Assembly: GCA_028534125.1 (NCBI GenBank) | Contig: CM052824.1 | Span: forward strand, 60,450,001 to 60,514,000 | Source: Lama glama | Taxonomy: Eukaryota | Length of the DNA: 64,000 nt | Reading direction: 5' to 3' | Part shown: piece after piece, positions 56,686 to 64,000 of the stretch | Position numbering within the stretch: the first letter of the stretch is position 1 | Layout: every line of letters starts with the position of its first letter | The notes under the pieces: generated by a model | What the model was told of the DNA's origin: nothing | The model's input: only the letters and a program-made list of their open reading frames with translations | Database searches by the model: none | Translations under genes and position numbers: made by a program

Positions 56686-59600
56686 AGGCTAGGACACCTG
56701 GAAAATATATTTTCTTTCAAGACCAGAGAGAGATCCTGAGACCCTACCTGACCAGGGTGCCTACCCCCAAGATACCCGAGGGGCTTCAGGGCCTGGTGGG
56801 ATGTGGAGGGAGCCCCTCCAGATGCCCCAGCTCAGCGTGCAGCACAGTGGGCTGGACCCTGAGCAGCTGCCCGGGGCAGGGAGCGCTGCCCACAAGCCTG
56901 GGCACCTGGTTCCCACGAGCCTCCCACTTAGCCTCTCTGAGGTCCCCAGCTGTCACCTCTCCCAAGGACAGACTGGGGTGGTGAGCACCACATGTGTCCC
57001 CTCACACACACTCTCACCTACAACCCAAGGCGAGCCAGGTCTGGACGACACAGCGCTGGGAAGCCTAGGCGCCATGCCCTGGGCCCGCCCTCCCCTCACC
57101 CTCTGCCCCCCCAGCCCCACCCGTGGACGCGTGGGCCCCAGCACCCATCAAGCGCTACATGAGCAAATGTTTACTTTTCCTTAAGGGCAAAAAAAGAAAG
57201 GAAGCAAGAGGGTTGGCCTATCCGGCTGGTGAGTCACTGGGGGTGTTCAAGCGAAGGGTGGGGAGCACCCCCAGCACCCCATGGGCGGGCCAGGCACTGC
57301 CCCCCACCCCATTCACCCCTGCAGGTGCTGCCTTGACCTGGGGCAAACGCTGGTTAGACTCTGGTCGGAGGCTCCGGGGAAAGCTGCCTCCGGGGAGTCC
57401 TCACTGAGTACCTGCAGCTCCTCCGTGGCCCTCGGGGCGGAGGCCGTCCCACAGGCTCAGTCCCCCCACACCCCTGGGAGGGGGGGCCTGCCCCCATCTC
57501 GGTTCCCCTGGAGCATCTGGGTGTCATCTGTTTGGACGACCCTGAGAGAAGGTGCTGGCGGCTGGAAATGAAGGCAGAACGGACAGCAGCCCTGCATCAT
57601 GGTCCACAGGCTCAGTCAGGTGTACAGCTCACCCAGACCCCTGGTGCTCTGCAGCCCCTGCCCCGTCGCTGGACACGTCCCCAACCCCAGAGGGGCAGGG
57701 CAGGCAGGAGTCCAAGGAAGGTAGGGAGAGGCTGGCCCAGAGTGGCCACTCAGGGCCAGACGGCATGCCTGTCCCCCAAGGATGGAGCTACCAGCCAGTC
57801 AATCCAGGCTGGCTCCCAAGAGTGGTACCCGATGTTTGGCCCACCCTGAGAGAGTCCCGTGTGCCCCAAACCCCAGGCCACCCTGGGCAAGTGCTGGCCA
57901 GCGTGATGACCAGGGCAGGACCAGAAGCCACAGCAGCCACGTGTGGGGGCCCAAGGAACCAAGAGGCCAGACCCGGACAATCCAAGGTCAGAGGAAGGCC
58001 CAGCTCCTCAGCCTCAGGAGGGAACCAAGGCCAGGGCAGGACAGGGCGCTTCGGGTGGTGGGGGCTTCGAGCCCAGGTCCCCAGGGTGGAGCAGCACCCC
58101 ACCTCTGTCTTCCCTCCCGCCCTGCAGGGAGCAGTCTGGGCTCCACGGTAGGCTGCCAGTCAGGGGCTGCCTGAGTCCCCAGCCCGGCCTAGGGGGTTTC
58201 AAAGAGGCCAGGCGGCACCGGTGACTTTGTCATCACCAGGAACAGGGCCCAGTGGTGACAGCTGAGTCACCATCCTGGGCTTTTTAAGGCACAGCTGAGT
58301 GCAAGGGGGCAACTGAGGTCTTTTTGAGGAGACAGGAGAGCACATGGCAGAGAACATGAGGTCGGGGTGGAGCACGGAGCCACGTGCCCCTCAACGTGCT
58401 ACCCCCCAGATTCTGCAGGTGTGGGGGCTGCAGCTGCACTGGGGGGACTCGGTGGGACAGGAGCAGGGCACCCGGCGGGGTGTGTGACGGGCTTCTGCCT
58501 CCTGGCCCGGTGGGGGGCCAGGGTGGGCCTCCATGTGCAACGGGGGACAGAAGGGGTCATGTCCCAGAGAGGGGCTGGGCCCTTCCAGGCTCTTCCTAGG
58601 AGGGAGGGCCCAGCAGCAGCCCCCACCCCACCACCGTCCTCCTGGGCAGGCAGCAGCTGGAGGAGGACAAAGGTCAGTAGGTGTTGGCGATGTGGTCCGA
58701 CGTGCAACCTGCTCCTGGTTCTTTGCTGAGCCCACCTGCAGCTACAGGCCCAAGGGGTGTGGGCTGATGGATGTTCCCGCACCGGTGTGTACTCTCCCAG
58801 GGCCTCCATCAGTCCCTGTCCATCTGTCTGCCTGCCTGCTCTCCTGGGAACAGCCTCCCAGGGGCGTGCACTGCCCAGTGCCTGCCCTTGCCCAGCTCCT
58901 CGGCCGTCCAGCTCAAGCCGGCAGGTCTCTGCAGAGCATCCCCTGGCCGGCGAGGCCAGTAGAGGATTCCCTGGGCAGGACCATCAGAACCCACGGGTGG
59001 GGCAGAAGGGGGCAGCCCCAGAAAGAAGCCCACCCCTCCACTCTTACGGTCCCCAAGCACCCGCCTCGCTCCAGGTCCCACTTCCGAAGACACATCAAGT
59101 GCCCCCGACTCAGCCCGACGACCCCCGGGGGCCGACGCGGCCTCCTCACAGACGCAGGCACCAACCCCCAATAACACCGAGCCCAGAATAGCCCACGATG
59201 CGCCACGTGCCAAGCTCCCGCCGAAGCGTGTAGCTGCACAGCTGCAGAGTCACCTTAAAAATACTCTCAACATGCACATGGAAACACACACCGCCCACGA
59301 GGATGCCTGCCCGGCCCGCGGCAGGTAGGGGGTGACGGCGGGGGCCCCGGCGGGAGGGGGCCCTACCCTCCGCCTCAGGGCTGACAGGAGGCCCCAGATG
59401 GCAGCGTGGGCAGAAGGGTGCCCTCCCACCCACGTCTGCGCAAGGGCCTGGGGCTCTGACCCTCCAGCCCTGCCAGCCCGGCCCCAGGACCTCCCGGAAC
59501 AGGCGCTCCCCCAGCGGGCAGCCCGGGCAAGCCCACCTTTGCAGGAAAGCAGGGCTGCCCCCGGACCCGAGCCGGGCCCTTCTAGGCCCTCAGCCCCAGT

Positions 59601-62600
59601 CTGCTCTCCTGCGCTCCCCGCACCAGCCCGGGGAGCAGCCAGGGAGCTGCTGCACCTGAGGGAGGCACAGGTGGGCCTGTCGGGCGGCCGGTCCACCGGC
59701 TCCACTGAGAGGGTGGCGGCAGCCACGTCCTCCAGCCGGGGCCTCTCCGCGTCCAGGGTGCAAGTCTGAGCCAGGGCAGGTCAGTGAGGCCCCTGCTGGG
59801 CCTCTGGCGCCTCCAGACCCAGGGCAGCTGGTTCCCAGTTCCAAGTGCCCACTGACCTCAGCTCCCAGGCCAGACGGTCCTGGACGGGCCGGCTCCCTGC
59901 ACTCCACAGCTGCTTCTCTTCAGCGGCCAGTCTCCTGCCGGCCTCCTGCCCACCGAGAGCCCAGCAGAGCCCAGGTGCTGCAAAGGCCAGGCCGTGAATG
60001 GCTTGGAGAAGCCCACCGGTGCCCAAATCCTCCTCCTCTCCAAACTCGGGGCCTCATGTGAGAGGGGAGCTCCAAGGGACCTGCTGGGCTCTGCACCCCA
60101 GGGTTGCGACCCCAGGATCCCCAAGAAGGCTGGAGCTGGCCAGGCCCACACAGGGCACTGCTGGGCCAGCCCCTGAAGAATGAGACGCCTGGGCCTCGGA
60201 CCCCCGGCGCCTCCACGGAATAACCCCCGCGCTACAGTCCCTCCCCCCGGGGCAGCCACGCTGGGCTGTGCGGTGACGGTGACCAGGGTGGGCTGTAGCA
60301 CCTGCATTTGGAAGCTCTGCTTGGACCCCAGGGATGCAGCTCTGCCAAGAGGGGTACGGGCTGGCCTTGCCCTTGGGGAGCAGAGCCCCCGCCTGACCCC
60401 CTCACCGCGAAGCCGCCCAAGGCAAACGCAGGGCCGCAGGCCTGCTGAGCCCCGCCCGCTGGCCTGGCCGGCGGCCACCTGCTGCTCTGGAATTTCGCGG
60501 CAGCTGAGAAAAGTGGGCCGCTGCCTGGCCTGGAAAACGGCTGCTCAGATACTGGCTCCCGTGGTCACGGGACCTGCCTCTGCGGCAGGCAGCCCGGCAA
60601 GGAGCCCCGCACAGCAGAGGCGCCCGGCCCCAGGCGGGGCTGAGCCCAGAGCCCCTTCCGCAGGGAGTGCCTGCCCACCGGGCCTGGGGAGGGTCTCGCC
60701 CACTGTCCTCTCCCCACCACCTCCAGGGGAGCAGGTCTGCCGGGCCCCAGCAAGGCTCAGGCATGGTGCTAGGTGAGGACGATGCTGAACCTCAGCTCTC
60801 AGGGCCTCCCCACCCCAGGGCTGGGGGCTTCCCTCGCCACCCTCTGCCCACTTGAGAAACGCAGGCAGGGCCATCCTAGCACCCCCTGCCGCACTGTTGG
60901 CCACAGTCCTGGGGACGCTGGGAGCTCCTGCAGCCCACCTCAGCTGGGGGGACATGGGGGACACACGCAGATAGGGCTGCTTCGGCGTCTACTGGAGTGG
61001 GGTGGCAGCACCCCTGGAGGCTGTGTGCACAGGCATGAGGACCCCAGAGAGGCAGCAGGACTTGGACACTTGGGCACGGCTCTCCTATGGGAGGACAGCT
61101 TGGGATGTGGACAGAAAGGTGGAGGGTCCTGCCCCAGCCAGGACTGGCCCTGCCCCTAAACCACGGTCAGCTTGCCCAGGGCTCCATGGCTCCTTCCATG
61201 AAGGCAAGAGGGACCAGCATCCAGCAAGTGCCCACTGCGTGCACAGACAGTCCTATTTAACAGACAGCCAAGGGTCTCGCTTGCTCCTCTGCCTGCCAGC
61301 CCCGGACCCTGGCAGTCACCCCACCAGGCTATGTCCTCATCTTTTCAGTGGAGCCATGACAGGGCCCAGGCATCTAGCACTGGAAATAACATGCCTGAGG
61401 GGGCCTCCCAAGACCCAGGCTGACAGGCTAGGCCCCAGGAAGGGAGGCCGGTCCTCCCTGGGGAGTTACAGCCAAGCCCTTCCCTACCTTCCAGGAGTTA
61501 CTTAGGCTAGGCGTCTCCCCAGGCCCATCTTCTGCTCCTGCGGGCGGGCAGGGACAGTGAGTGGCCTGTGAGGAAGCTCCCCTGCCTTTGCAGGGGAGCG
61601 TGGACCTGCCCCAGCCCCAGCCTCCCGCTGCTCACGGTGGCAGTGGCAGCTCCCAAAGCCAGTGACACTATGGCCGGGGCAGGAGGGGAGGGCCAGGACA
61701 GGAGGGGAGGGCCGGGGCAGGAGGGGAGGGCCACGACAGCCTTGAGGACCCTGGTCCCCCTCTGGCTGGCCCTCTCCCGGGCCCACATAAGGTCAGTAGC
61801 GGCTGCCCTTGAGCGGAGAGCAAACACTCCCACAGGCTGCTCTCCTGTGGGCAAGGGGGTGCCAACAAGCGTCCAGGGGAGCCTGGCCCAGGCACTTCTT
61901 TGGGAACCTCTGGTTTGCTCCTTGTAGGTTCCGGTCCAGTCCAGCACCCAGGCCTGGCCATTTCCTTGGCCTCATCTTTCATTTTGTAAACTTGGGTGAA
62001 CGCTGTGCCTGTGGATGGGACAGAGTGACAGCCCCACTCTGGGTACCTGCGGGCACCCCTCCCAGCAGAAGGCTGCCCTCCCCTGCGCTGCCAGAGGGGC
62101 TGATGGGCCTGCTGCCCAGACTAGAGACCCCGCCCAGCCTGGCGTGCCCAGGCCCACGGGGAGCACAAACTCCACTTCACAGGTTGGCATTTCTGAAGGA
62201 TGACAAAGATCCCGGGCTCTGAATGTGTTTTCTGTGTGAACAGACACTTGCTCACAGTGTGCCGGGTGCCAGCAGCCCCCTACAGCTCCCGCCTGAATCA
62301 TTGCCTCCCGGCAGCCCCGGTGCAGGTGGGGGCAGGGCTGGGGGCCCAGAGCACAACTTGGTCCAGGGCCCATGGGGCTGCCCACCCCTGTCCCTGGGAT
62401 GCTGGCTCAGCACCCCCACGGGCAGGGTCCAAGTCACAGTTACCAGGGAAACACTGCTCCCTAGAGCAGCAGACGCTCTCGGGGGTCCCAGCACCAGGAG
62501 ACGGTCCCTGGCCGCCCACACCTCAGACCTGCAGGGTGCCCACCACCCCCTCAGCGAGGAAAGTGGGGGTCTCGGCTCTGTGGGTGGTTAGCTGTGGCCC

Positions 62601-64000
62601 ATGGGGTCAGTTCCCAGGGCTGGAGGAAAGGCTACAAGGCGGCGGGGAGGGGGCCTCCCTGGGAGGCAGAGTCCGTGGAAGGTGCCGCTTGAGGGGCCAG
62701 GAGTCAACTGGGCTTCCTAGTGGCCAGCACTGCCCCGAGATCCATTTTCATTAGCCACATTCTCGGTGACAATTTCTAGCCCATCACTGCAGGTTGCAAC
62801 CCTTGGAGACACTCCCAAAACAACTGGGCGGGGATGGGGAGGCACCACTGAGCACAAGCACAGCTCTGGGCTCCAGGCCCCATAGTTAGGAGCCAGGCAG
62901 GCCCCGCGCCCCGTCCTCAATTCAGAGACGGTGGGTGGGGGGCGGGGCGGGAAGGTGTACGCCGGAGAGGCTCCGGGGCCCCTGGGCGATGTGGAGGCCG
63001 ACCGAGGCTCCCTCCGGACCACCGGCCCAGCCACTGCCCCTGCCTGGGCTCCGCTCTAAGCTGCACCCTGGGTCCTGCTTCCAGGGGACTGAGTAGTACC
63101 GGGAACCCCCTTCCCCTGAGGGCGAGCAAGGAAGCCCTGGCTTCGGGGGCACAATCACCCACTTCCGGCACGCTCCTCACCTTCTCTACAGGTTAACCCA
63201 TTTGCTCCACAATCACCGTCGCCCCTGCGGACAGATGAGGACACTGAGGCTCAGGGACCCATGCCCAGGAAGTGACGAGGCAGTGGCTCCAGGGCCTGTG
63301 GCCGAGGACCCCCGAGGGCAAAGCCGAGCAAACAGAAGGCTCAGGAGCACAGCGGGTGGGCCAGGAGGCACTGGCTGGGGCCAGGCTTGTGAATTCTCTC
63401 CTTTTCCGCTTCCTGAAGACTGCAGGGGGCATCTGCTCAGGGAGGCCTTTGGAGAAGGGGGGCGTTGGGCGATTGGCCCAGAACGCACCCTGTGCTGAGA
63501 GGCCACCGAGGAAGAAGGGAGCGGCGAAGACCGTCTCCTGAGAGACCGGAGGACGAGGAGGGCTTCCACCATCACTCGGCAGATGACCAACCAGGCCCCT
63601 CATGGGAGGGGCTCCCGGGCAGCTCAGCCACAGGAAGGGGACGACCACCTCTGACCAGCCTCAGGGTGCTGGACACCGCTGGGCAAGCGCTGTCGGCTCC
63701 CTGGGGGTCCCTGGTCAGGGCTGAGCTCTCGGTGCGGCGAAGTGCCCTCGCCACCCACATCCCAAGGCTCTCAGGGTCCAGGCGCTGGCCCAACCTCCCG
63801 GTCCAGGAGCCAGCGGTCAGCACTGGGCACTCAGAGTCAGAGAGGCTGAAGGCTGGCGGTTCTCCGGGGAACAGCCAAGTTCAGGAGAGCGACAGGGCCA
63901 GGGGAGCTCAAGAGAAGGGGAGGAGCAAGGGCAGCAGTGTCCCCACCAGACTGTGGCCAGGCCACAGTCTCTCATTTACTGCACTGCACGCTACGATTAG

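Noticed and set aside
57000-64000. Additional upstream alternative first exon of PLCH2 or a separate gene
   Set aside because: No exon with convincing start, donor and homology could be recognised; it may lie outside the window.

Overview
This is GC-rich mammalian genomic DNA, probably camelid: it carries tRNA-Ala-derived SINEs of the Vic-1 type. It covers the conserved HES5-PANK4-PLCH2 block and has four assembly gaps (5712-5979, 9407-9546, 22858-22997, 55912-56411). HES5 (+) has 3 exons and encodes 163 aa (bHLH-Orange-WRPW). PANK4 (+) has 19 exons; exon 1 and most of exon 16 are inferred to lie in gaps. It encodes a pseudo-pantothenate-kinase domain fused to a DUF89 phosphatase. PLCH2 (-) has 22 core coding exons plus a cassette exon and alternative donors, with PH, EF-hand, X/Y and C2 domains; it is convergent with PANK4. 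Almost all entries in the supplied ORF track are GC-rich spurious frames. I found no evidence of a wholly new gene system. The most notable items are: a minor-spliceosome (U12) intron in PLCH2 that must end in AA (AT-AA) to keep frame; phase-compatible alternative splicing of the PLCH2 C-terminus, including a 28-nt stop exon; a candidate internal TATA promoter in PLCH2 intron 11; palindrome, RBPJ and HES motif clusters around HES5; an ACTACA/ZNF143 motif cluster at the PANK4 promoter; and a G-rich minisatellite upstream of PLCH2.
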